NCBI GenBank assembly: GCA_028826165.1 | Contig: JAPDFW010000092.1 | Location: 682,001 to 746,000 of the forward strand | Source: Anaeramoeba ignava BMAN | Taxonomy: Eukaryota; Protista; Anaeramoebae | Direction of reading: 5' to 3' | DNA length: 64,000 bases | Shown: piece after piece, positions 13,671-24,305 of the stretch | How positions within the stretch are numbered: position 1 is the stretch's first letter | Layout of the letters: each line of letters starts with the position of its first letter | Position numbers and translations under genes: made by a program | The notes under the pieces: generated by a model | Database searches by the model: none | Seen by the model: the letters and a program-made list of their open reading frames with translations, nothing else | Told to the model about the DNA's origin: nothing

Positions 13671-16600
13671 TCATTTCTTTTGCATTATTTGTAAAATTTC
13701 TAAAATTTCAAGTTCTTCTGCGATTTGGATTGGAGTTTTGTTCTTTTTACAAATAAAATAAACAATAAACAATTAAAAATTAAAAAAAATTAAATTAAAT
13801 TAAAATTAAATTAAAATTTTACTTCCTATTACAAAAATAATATTAAATAATATTAAATATTATTATTAAATTTTATTAAATATTATTATTAAATTTACTT
13901 TCTATTTAAATTAATTTTATTAATCAAGAATAAATAAACAAAACAAATCAATAAATCTAATTTAAATAAAGATTTTGATTTTCTTACATTTTTTAAGTTA
14001 GGATCACAACGCGCTTCTAATAGAATTTCAGCACATTCTGGATCTCCTTCAAATTCACAAATATAATGCAGAGCATTCCAATTCTATATTTTTTATTATT
14101 TTATATATTTTTCAATTATTATTAATTTTTATTATTTTTCTAAAATATTACTTCCTAAATTCCAAATCAAATTTAAATCAAAATTAAATCAAAATTAAAT
14201 CAAAATCAAAATCAAATGAAATTTAAATGGAAATTAAATCAAAATTAAATCAAAATTAAATCAAATTTTAAATCAAATTTAAATCAAATGGAAATAAAAT
14301 CAAATTTAAATCAAATTTAAATGGAAATTAAATCAAATTTAAATGGAAATTAAATGGAAATTAAATGGAAATTAAATCAAAATTAAATCAAAATTAAATC
14401 AAAATTAAATCAAAATTAAATCAAAATTAAATCAAAATTAAATCAAAATCAAAATTAAATCAAAATTAAATCAAAATTAAATGTAAATTAAATCAAATTT
14501 AAATCAAAATTAAATGGAAATTAAATCAAATTTAAATCAAAATTAAATCAAAATTAAATCAAAATTAAATCAAAATTAAATCAAAATTAAATCAAAATTA
14601 AATCAAATTTAAATCAAAATTAAATGGAAATTAAATCAAATTTAAATCAAAATTAAATCAAATTTAAATGGAAATTAAATGGAAATAAAATCAAATTTAA
14701 ATGTAAATTAAATCAAATTTAAATCGAAATTAAATCAAAATTAAATCAAAATTAAATCAAAATTAAATCAAAATTAAATGGAAATTTAAATCAAAATTAA
14801 ATGGAAATAAAATCAAATTTAAATGTAAATTAAATCAAAATTAAATCAAAATTTAAATGGAAATTAAATCAAAATTAAATCAAAATTAAATCAAAATTAA
14901 ATCAAAATTAAATGGAAATTAAATCAAAATTAAATCAAATTTAAATGTAAATTAAATCAAAATTTAAATGGAAATTAAATCAAAATTAAATGGAAATTAA
15001 ATCAAAATTAAATCAAATTTAAATCAAATTTAAATCAAAATTAAATCAAATTTAAATGGAAATTAAATGGAAATTAAATCAAAATTAAATCAAATTTAAA
15101 TCGAAATTAAATCAAAATTAAATCAAAATTTAAATCAAATTTAAATCAAAATTAAATGGAAATTAAATGGAAATTAAATGGAAATTAAATCAAATTTAAA
15201 TCAAATTTAAATCAAAATTAAATGGAAATTAAATGGAAATTAAATCAAATTTAAATCAAATTTAAATCAAATTTAAATGGAAATTAAATCAAATTTAAAT
15301 CAAATTTAAATGGAAATTAAATCAAATTTAAATCAAATTTAAATCAAAATTAAATCAAAATTAAATCAAATTTAAATGGAAATTAAATGGAAATTAAATG
15401 GAAATTAAATCAAAATTAAATCAAATTTAAATCAAAATTAAATCAAATTTAAATGGAAATTAAATCAAAATTAAATGGAAATTAAATCAAAATTAAATGG
15501 AAATTAAATCAAATTAAATCAAATTTAAATGGAAATTAAATGAAATTAAATCAAATTTAAATGAAAATTAAATCAAATTTAAATCAAATTTAAATCAAAT
15601 TTAAATGGAAATTAAATCAAAATTAAATGGAAATTAAATGGAAATTAAATCAAATTTAAATCAAATTTAAATGGAAATTAAATCAAACTCAAGAGGAAAA
15701 ATTACAATCTAATAATTAATTTTGAATAATTAATAAAAAACAAAGAAAAAAAAAGAAACAAAAGTAAATAATCAAGCAAACATTTTTCGCATTCACATCT
15801 GCACCTCTTTTTATTAATAAAGTTAAAAGAGCTGGGTTTGAATTACTTTGGCAAGCAAAATGTAAAGGTGTTTCATTCTATAAAATAATTCGTATTTGTA
15901 TTTACTTTTTCTAAAAAAAATTCATTCATTAAAAATAAAATTACTCTCTTAATTAAATTAATTAAATTAATTAAATACTAAATAAAAATAATAAAAAGAT
16001 TTAATTTTACTTTCTAAATAAAATTACAAATTATATATATAAAAAAATGAAGTAAAAAATTTTATTAATTTTTTGATTATTACAGTTTTTGCGTTAACAT
16101 CAACTCCATAATCTAAAAGAGAACGAATCAAAGATAAACTAGTATCACAAATACATGCATAATGAAGTACTGTCATTCCCTAAAAAATTTTAATAAATAA
16201 AAGTATAAAAATTAATTAATTAAATAATAAAAATGTAATAATATTTACATCCTAATTATTTTATCAAAAAGAAGAGGAAATTAATTTAATAAATGAAATA
16301 ATTAATAACTTTAATTAATAATTTACTTTCTACAATAAAAATGAGAATAAAAATAAAATTGAGAATAAAAATAAAATTGAAAATAAAAATTGAAATAAAA
16401 ATGTAAATTTACTGTTTTTTCACTTAAATCTGCACCTGCATCAATAAAAGTTTGAATATGTTGAAAATCACCATTTAAAACTGCTAAATGCAGATAAGAA
16501 AGTCCCTTTTTGTTTTTAATTTTAATTTTGATTTTTAATTTTGTTTTTAATTTTGATTTTAATTTTAATTTTAATAAAGATTTTAATTTTAATTTTAATT

Positions 16601-17963
16601 TTAATTTTGATTTTAATTTTGATTTTAATTTTGATTTTAATTTTGATTTTAATAAAGATTTTAATTTTGTTTTTTAATTTTGATTTTAATTTTGATTTTA
16701 ATAAAGATTTTAATAAAGATTTTAATTTACAAGAGCTTCTCGTGATTCTTCAGGAGATTGATTCAAAAGACACATTGATTCAATTTGATGCTCAACAACA
16801 ATTCTCGCTTTTAATTTTGAAGGATTATGAAAAAGTAAAGAAGTGATATTTTTCAAAGAATCAATAGATTGATATTTTGGAGCAATTTCCACAATAAAAT
16901 AATTAATTGCATTAATTTCTTTTGCAAACTGAAGAATTTTAACTTTTGGAATATGATTTTGAGAATCAATTTGATTTGAATAAGTAGCAACAAGAACAAT
17001 AGGAACATTTGGGCAATTTTTCGAGATTTCTGGAAACCAAAGATTCTTTGCATTTTCAAAAGATTCATCAATTTGCAAAGAAAAACAAATCAAAACAAGA
17101 TTTGAATTAAGATAAGTTAAGTTTCTTGAGTTGTCTTCTTGGAAGCTTCCGTCATAAACGGACACTTTAACGGACTTTCCGTCAATTTCAAAGTTCTTCA
17201 GAAAAGAACTTATGCTTGATTTCTGTTTGTAGTCTTGCATCTTCTCTTTGTCATAAAGATACAAAAGGGAATCTTTATTTGAAAATTGATCTCCAACAAC
17301 TACAAATTTATAAGAATATTGCTTGGTCTCCAGTACATTGGTTTCCTTTTCATTTTTATTCACCACTTTCTGGGGTTTATTTTGCCGCTTGATCTTCTTC
17401 TGGAAGTCCTTTAACTCAGGATCAAACATTGTTGATACAATTGATGCCATTGTGCTGTTGATCATTTTGAGATCATCTAACGGCATCTCAAAATACATAT
17501 GCGCTCCTACTTTCAGCGTCATCTCTAACCCGTCCTTGGCCGATGGAGGCTGCTTCCCCCGATCTTGTATGCTTTTTATTATCTGCTGGTTTCTTCTGAA
17601 CTCGGTTCCAATTCCGAGTATTGCTAACGGACAATGGCCCGCGTTTTTCGATATTTCTTGCAGCCATTTACTCTCAATATTTTCTAGTGATTCTGGATTC
17701 CGAAACGAAAAACATACTACAAGCACATTTGCTCGTGTGAATTCTTTGCTTAGATTCGTGTTTGCTTCTTCGGATATGTCTATAAATGTTATTTTTTCTT
17801 TTTTCTTTGATTTGATTGGTAATTTTTTAACAAAATCTTGAACTTTTGTTATTTTTATATTGTGTTTGATTTGAATTTTTTTTTTGGAATAAGTTGCAAG
17901 TAAAAAATGTTTGTCTGATTGAATATCTCCAACAAACCCAATTTTGTATTCAGATTTCGACAT
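13671..17963 (-). CDS. Tandem Rho-like (pseudo)GTPase x2 + ankyrin-repeat protein; 14 exons including 8 three-nt micro-exons
   Basis: Exons 17963-16731, 16505-16413, [16329-27 K], [16251-49 D], 16179-16084, [16013-11 K], [15947-45 R], 15877-15782, [15708-06 I], [14154-52 E], 14083-13988, [13901-899 K], [13825-23 E], 13742-13671. Translation gives LSEKT-K-D-GMTVLHYAC, VNAKT-K-R-NETPLHFAC, VNAKN-I-E-NWNALHYIC, PNLKN-K-E-NKTPIQIA. Rho features YKFVVVGD, LICFSL, WFPEISKNCPNVPIVLV. Confidence 0.85.
14165..15688. repeat. 11-bp intronic satellite (AAATTAAATCA / AAATTAAATGG variants)
   Basis: Directly visible; fills the intron between micro-exons 15706-15708 and 14152-14154. Confidence 0.95.
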
Positions 17964-18533
17964 TAAAAAAAATTGAAAAATGAAAAATTGAAAAAAAGCA
18001 AAAAAAGCAAAAAATAAAAAAAATATTTTTGGATTTTAATTTTAATTTTAATTTTAATTTTGGTTTTGATTTAGATTGATTTTTATATTTTGATTTTGAT
18101 TTTGATTTTGATTTAGATTTAGATTTTAATTTTAATTTTAATTTAAATTTTAATTTTGGTTTTGGTTTTAATTTTAATTTTAATTTTAATTTAGATTTAG
18201 ATTTAGATTTAGATTTAAATTTATTTTTTAATTTTAATTTTGATTTTAATTTTAATTTTAATTTTAATTTTGATTTAGATTTAGATTTTGATTTAGATTT
18301 AGATTTAGATTTTGATTTAGATTTATATTTTAATTTTAATTTAGATTTAGATTTATTTTTTGATTTGAATTTTGATTTTAATTTTAATTTTGATTTTAAT
18401 TTTAATTTTAATTTTAATTTTAATTTTGATTTTGGTTTTGATTTAGATTTAGATTTAGATTTAGATTTATATTTAGATTTAGATTTAGATTTAGATTTAT
18501 TTTTTAATTTTAATTTTAATTTTAATTTTAATT

Positions 18534-19239
18534 TTAATTTTGATTTTCATCGTCTTCATCTTCACTTTCGAATTCATATTCATAATCATAACCATAATCA
18601 TAATTTTCATTTTCATTTTCATTTTCATTTTCAAATTGATTTACATCTTGATTTTCATCTTCATAATCATAATCGTAATCATAATCATAATCATAATTTT
18701 GATTTTCATTTTCAAATTCATTTTCATTTTGATTTTCAAATTCATTTTCATTTTGATTTTGATTTTGATTTTCATTTTCATTTTCATTTTCATTTTCATT
18801 TTCATTTTCATTTTCATTTTCATTTTCATTTTCATTATTTTCATTTTTATTAAAATTTAATTTTGATTTATTTGTTGATTCTGGTAAATTTGAAAGAAAA
18901 TCATGCATTTCTAATCTTGTTGCTTCATGTAAAAGATCTGTATCAACAGAATCTGAAGGAAGAGAAATATAACGAACACAAGAACCTTTAATAACACAAG
19001 TACTAATTGGTAAAAAAAGAGGAAATTCTGAAGAATTAACAACTTCTACATTTATTAAAGATAAATTATGAAATAAATCTACTGCTACAAGTTTTCCTTT
19101 AATTATCGCATTTTCTTTTGTTTCAACACAAACTTCTTTATTATATAAAGTTCGAAATAATCCAAGAAATAACTGAAAAAATTTTTGTTTTATTTTTTCA
19201 ATTTTAAATTTAATAATTAATTTAAATAATTAATACCAT
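18534..19239 (-). CDS. LSM2: LSm2-like Sm-fold protein with acidic low-complexity C-terminal extension; exons 19239-19237 (ATG) and 19172-18534
   Basis: M/LFLGLFRTLYNKEVCVETKENAIIKGKLVAVDLFHNL...CVIKGSCVRYISLPSDSVDTDLLHEATRLE resembles LSm2 (MLFYSFFKSLVGK...CFIRGSVVRYVQLP..VDT.LL.DA.R.E); intron directly after the ATG. Confidence 0.85.
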
Positions 19240-19289
19240 TTTTAAAAATAAATTAAATGAGAAAAATGAAAAATGAAAAATGAAAAAAT

Positions 19290-20000
19290 GAATTTTAATT
19301 TTGATTTTAATTTTAATTTTAATTTTAATTTTAATTTTGATTTTAATTTTAATTTTAATTTTAATTTTAATTTTAATTTTGATTTTAATTTTAATTTTAA
19401 TTTTAATTTTAATTTTGATTTTAATTTTAATTTTAATTTTAATTTTAATTTTAATTTTGATTTTAATTTTAATTTTAATTTTGATTTTGATTTTGATTTT
19501 AATTTTAATTTTAATTTTAATTTTAATTTTAATTTTAATTTTAATTTTGATTTTAATTTTAATTTTAATTTTGATTTTAATTTTGATTTTGATTTTAATT
19601 TTGATTTTGATTTTAATTTTGATTTTGATTTTGATTTTAATTTTGATTTTGATTTTAATTTTAATTTTGATTTTGATTTTAATTTTAATTTTAATTTTAA
19701 TTTTGATTTTAATTTTAATTTTAATTTTAATTTTGATTTTAATTTTAATTTTAATTTTGATTTTAATTTTAATTTTAATTTTGATTTTAATTTTAATTTT
19801 GATTTTAATTTTAATTTTAATTTTGATTTTAATTTTAATTTTAATTTTAATTTTGATTTTAATTTTGATTTTAATTTTGATTTTGATTTTAATTTTGATT
19901 TTGATTTTAATTTTAATTTTGATTTTGATTTTAATTTTGATTTTGATTTTAATTTTAATTTTGATTTTGATTTTAATTTTAATTTTAATTTTAATTTTGA
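19290..20000. repeat. (ATTTTR)n hexamer microsatellite
   Basis: Directly visible; similar tracts at 18030-18535, 21800-22260 and 24125-24270. Confidence 0.95.
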
Positions 20001-21763
20001 TTATTAAATCTATTAATTAATAAATCAAATAAATTTGGATTTGTTTGATTTAATTGAAAATAATCAATTCCTGTTTCTAATTCATCAATGATTTCTTGTG
20101 TAATTTGAATTTCATCTTTAATTTGATTTGAATAAATCCAATATTCAAATATTTGAAATGATTTATTACTTAATTCACTATAATCTGTAACTTTATTTGA
20201 TTTATCTTCTGTTACAGATAAAAACATTCCTCGATATAATTCACTTCTCATTATTAATATTAATTTTGGAAATTTATATTTCTTTTCTTTTCTTTCAATA
20301 ATAAAATCTTTTTCATTTTCATTTTCATTTAAATAAATTCTTTTCATTATTTCTTCTATTTTTTCATTTGAATTTATAATTTCTTTAATTTCAAAATATA
20401 ATTTTGGATTTATTATTCTGTTTGAATAAATCATTTCAAATATTTGATTTGATTCTTTAATTGATTTTTTTGAAATAATTTCTTGAAGTTTTTCAATTTG
20501 GTTTTGATTTTGATTTAACCTATATTTCAATATTAATTTATGAGCTTTGATTATTTCTCCATTTTCTGTTTTAAATGAAATATTACAAAATTCTTTTCTT
20601 CTAAATAGTTTTATCAAATCTTCTTCAAGATTGGAAAAAGAAGGAAGAGAATAATAAAGAAATGATTTATCAACTCCACAATAAAGATGATAATTAGAAA
20701 TATTTTCATTAAATCTTAATTTAGGAAGTTCAATTTGAATTGGAATTGATTGATCATTTGTATCTCCAGTTCCTAATTGACCATAATTATTATTCCCAAA
20801 TACAATCAATTTTGAATTGGAAGTTAAAATCAAATTATGGTTAAATCCAATAGAAAAATCAAGAATATAATCATTTTCAAATAAAGATGATTTGATTTCA
20901 GTAAATTCATAAGTATCTTCATTTTTGCCAAGTCCGTTATATTGATAATCTCCACATGAATAAAGTTTTCTTTTTAGATTTTGATTTTCATTTTCATTTT
21001 CAATCAACATTATTGAATGATAATATCCACATTGAATATCAATTATTTTACCTTTTGGAATATTTTGGATTTTGTTTAATTTTTGGATTTTTGTTTCTTT
21101 TCTTGATTCTCCTAATCCAAGTTGATCATAAATATTATCACCACATCCAAATAATTCTTGATTTGAATTTAAAAGAAAAATAAAATATGAAGTATTTCCT
21201 GAAAATATTTTAGAAACATTTTTCATCATTAAAATTGGTTTTTCTGTTTCATTAAGTGTTTCAGAATCAAAACCAAGTTGGCCATATCGATTTGAACCAA
21301 TTCCATAAGCATTTTGATTTGAAGTTAATAAATAAACTGAACTTTCTCCAGCAACAATATCTTCAATTATTCTATCATTTGTATCTTCAATTAATGATGA
21401 AATATTAATAAATTCATTTGGATTTTTTGAATTAATATCTTTTCCTTTGGCAAATACATTTCCTTCTTTTGTTAAAATAGCTTCATTATCATAACCAGCA
21501 GTTACTTTTTGAATATTTTCTTCAATTTGGATTTTTTCAGGATTTTGATTTGAATATCTTGAATATTCTATTGCTTTTCCATTTTTAAAAAGGAAAATTG
21601 TTGAAAATAAACTTGATGAAATTTGTTTAATTTGTTTTTCATTTTCATTTTCATTTTCATTTTCATTTTCAAATTTAAATTGAATTGGTTTTATTATTTT
21701 ATTTGGTTTATTTTTGATAAGAATTGGATCTTCATTATCACCAAAAAATAAAATTTCATTCAT
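19991..21763 (-). CDS. RCC1-repeat + tandem BTB/POZ-like protein (paralog 1)
   Basis: RCC1 motifs (GSNRYGQLG, IIDIQCGYYHS, FGNNNYGQLGTG); BTB-like IKAHKLIL and RSELYRGMF...FEYWIYSNQI. Confidence 0.9.
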   Translation of the reverse strand: MNEILFFGDNEDPILIKNKPNKIIKPIQFKFENENENENENEKQIKQISSSLFSTIFLFKNGKAIEYSRYSNQNPEKIQIEENIQKVTAGYDNEAILTKEGNVFAKGKDINSKNPNEFINISSLIEDTNDRIIEDIVAGESSVYLLTSNQNAYGIGSNRYGQLGFDSETLNETEKPILMMKNVSKIFSGNTSYFIFLLNSNQELFGCGDNIYDQLGLGESRKETKIQKLNKIQNIPKGKIIDIQCGYYHSIMLIENENENQNLKRKLYSCGDYQYNGLGKNEDTYEFTEIKSSLFENDYILDFSIGFNHNLILTSNSKLIVFGNNNYGQLGTGDTNDQSIPIQIELPKLRFNENISNYHLYCGVDKSFLYYSLPSFSNLEEDLIKLFRRKEFCNISFKTENGEIIKAHKLILKYRLNQNQNQIEKLQEIISKKSIKESNQIFEMIYSNRIINPKLYFEIKEIINSNEKIEEIMKRIYLNENENEKDFIIERKEKKYKFPKLILIMRSELYRGMFLSVTEDKSNKVTDYSELSNKSFQIFEYWIYSNQIKDEIQITQEIIDELETGIDYFQLNQTNPNLFDLLINRFNNQN

Positions 21764-22248
21764 TTTCGGAAAAGAAAAAAAAGAAAAAAATGATTTTTGG
21801 ATTTTAATTTTAATTTTAATTTTAATTTTAATTTTAATTTTAATTTTAATTTTAATTTTAATTTTAATTTTAATTTTAATTTTAATTTTAATTTTAATTT
21901 TAATTTTAATTTTAATTTTAATTTTAATTTTAATTTTAATTTTTAATTTTAATTTTAATTTTGATTTTAATTTTAATTTTAATTTTGATTTTAATTTTGA
22001 TTTTGATTTTAATTTTGATTTTAATTTTGATTTTAATTTTGATTTTAATTTTAATTTTAATTTTAATTTTAATTTTAATTTTGATTTTGATTTGAATTTT
22101 AATTTAAATTTTAATTTAAATTTTGATTTTAATTTTAATTTTAATTTTAATTTTAATTTTCATTTCCAATTTGATTTTGATTTTAATTTTAATTTTAATT
22201 TTAATTTTGATTTTAATTTTAATTTTGATTTTAATTTTAATTTTAATT

Positions 22249-24090
22249 TTAATTTTGATTTTGATTATGAAATTTGTTAATTAATAAATCAAATAAATTT
22301 GGATTTGTTTGATTTAATTGAAAATAATCAATTCCAATTTGAATTTCATTAATTATTTCTTTTGTAATTTGAATTTCATCTTTGATTTGATTTGAATAAA
22401 TCCAATATTCAAATATTTGAAATGATTTATTACTTAATTCACTATAATCTGTAACTTTATTAGATTTATCTTCAGTTACAGATAAAAACATTCCTCTATA
22501 TAATTCACTTCTCATTATTAATATTAATTTAGGAAATTTATATTGTTTTTCTTTTCTTTCAATTATAAAATCTTTTTCATTTTCATTTAAATAAATTCTT
22601 TTCATTGTTTCTTCAATTTTTTCATTTGAATTTATAATTTCTTTAATTTCAAAATATAATTTTGGATTTATAATTCTGTTTGAATAAATCATTTCAAATA
22701 TTTGATTTGATTCTTTAATTGATTTTTTTGAAATAATTTCTTGAAGTTTTTCAATTTGATTTTGATCTTTTAATCTATATTTTAATATTAATTTATGAGC
22801 TTCAATTATTTCTCCATTTTTGGTTTTAAATGAAATATTAAAAAATTCTTTTCTTCTAAATAATTTTATCAAATCTTCTTCAATATTGGAAAAAGAAAGA
22901 GGAGAATAATAAAGAAATGATTTATCAACTCCACAAGAAATATGATAATTAGAAATATTTTCATTAAATCTTAATTTAGGAAGTTCAATTTGAATTGGAA
23001 TTGATTGATTTATTGTATTTTCAGTTCCTAATTCACCATAATTATTATTCCCAAATACTATTAATTTCCCTTTGGAAGTTAAAATCAAATTATGGTTAAA
23101 TCCAACAGAAAAATCAAGAATATTATCATCATTTTCAAATAAATATGATTTGATTTCAGTAAATTCATAAGTATCTTCATTTTTGCCAAGTCCATTATAT
23201 TGATAATCTCCACATGAATAAAGTTTTCTTTTTAGATTTTGATTTTGATTTTCATTTTCAATCAACATTATTGAATGATAATATCCACATTGAATATCAA
23301 TTATTTTGCCTTTTGGAATATTTTGGATTTTGTTTAATTTTTGGATTTTTGTTTCTTGTTTTCTTGATTCTCCTAATCCAAGTTGACCATATAAATTATC
23401 ACCACATGAAAATAATTCTTGATTTGAATTTAAAAGAAAAACAGAAAATGAAGAATTTCCTGAAAATATTTTAGAAACATTTTTCATCATTAAAATTGGT
23501 TTTTCTGTTTCATTAAGTGTTTCAGAATCAAAACCAAGTTGGCCATATCGATTTGAACCAATTCCATAAGCATTTTGATTTGAAGTTAATAAATAAATTG
23601 AATTGTATCCAGAAACAATATCTTCAATTATTCTATCATTTTTATCTTCAATTAATGATGAAATATTGATAAATTCATTTGGATTTTTTGGATTAATATT
23701 TTCTCCTTTGGCAAATACATTTCCTTCTTTTGTTAAAATAGCTTCATTTCGAGAACCAACAGTTACTTTTTGAATATTTTCTTCAATTTGGATTTTTTTA
23801 GGATTTTGTTTTGAATCTTCATCATTTAAGTATTCTATTGCTTTTCCATTTTCAAAAAGGAAAATTGTTGAAAATTCACCTGATGAAATTTGTTTAATTT
23901 GTTTTTCATTTTCATTTTCATTTTCATTTTCATTTTCATTTTCATTTTCATTTTCATTTTCATTTTCATTTTCATTTTCATTTTCATTTTCAAATTTAAA
24001 TTTAAATTGAATTGGTTTTGTTATTTTATTTGGTTCATTTTTGAAAAGAATTGGATATTCATTATCACCAAAAAATAAAATTTCATTCAT
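22249..24090 (-). CDS. RCC1-repeat + tandem BTB/POZ-like protein (paralog 2)
   Basis: Highly similar tandem copy of 19991-21763. Confidence 0.9.
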   Translation of the reverse strand: MNEILFFGDNEYPILFKNEPNKITKPIQFKFKFENENENENENENENENENENENENENENEKQIKQISSGEFSTIFLFENGKAIEYLNDEDSKQNPKKIQIEENIQKVTVGSRNEAILTKEGNVFAKGENINPKNPNEFINISSLIEDKNDRIIEDIVSGYNSIYLLTSNQNAYGIGSNRYGQLGFDSETLNETEKPILMMKNVSKIFSGNSSFSVFLLNSNQELFSCGDNLYGQLGLGESRKQETKIQKLNKIQNIPKGKIIDIQCGYYHSIMLIENENQNQNLKRKLYSCGDYQYNGLGKNEDTYEFTEIKSYLFENDDNILDFSVGFNHNLILTSKGKLIVFGNNNYGELGTENTINQSIPIQIELPKLRFNENISNYHISCGVDKSFLYYSPLSFSNIEEDLIKLFRRKEFFNISFKTKNGEIIEAHKLILKYRLKDQNQIEKLQEIISKKSIKESNQIFEMIYSNRIINPKLYFEIKEIINSNEKIEETMKRIYLNENEKDFIIERKEKQYKFPKLILIMRSELYRGMFLSVTEDKSNKVTDYSELSNKSFQIFEYWIYSNQIKDEIQITKEIINEIQIGIDYFQLNQTNPNLFDLLINKFHNQNQN

Positions 24091-24305
24091 TTTCGAAAAA
24101 GAAAAAAATGAAAAAAAATGATTTTGGAATTTAAATTTTAATTTTAATTTTAATTTTAATTTTAATTTTGATTTTGATTTTAATTTTAATTTTAATTTTA
24201 ATTTTAATTTTGATTTTAATTTTAATTTTGATTTTAATTTTAATTTTAATTTTAATTTTGATTTTAATTTTGAAATAATTTTAAATTTGAAAAAGATAAA
24301 TCTCC

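Noticed and set aside
15906-15910. Possible 5-nt micro-exon (AG|AAAAA|GT on the minus strand)
   Set aside because: It would shift the frame and leave a 28-nt intron; the ankyrin consensus is already satisfied by the K and R micro-exons. It does show that such cassettes can arise by chance.
17323-17841. Antisense ORFs (also 25942-26310, 39337-39750, 42243-42830)
   Set aside because: They are shadows of real genes on the opposite strand and have no recognisable motifs.
19273-20020. ORFs of poly-IL, poly-NF/DF and poly-KI (also at 12096-12685, 21714-22280, 29627-29836, 44668-44916, 45883-46215, 56675-56945)
   Set aside because: These are translations of microsatellites, not genes.
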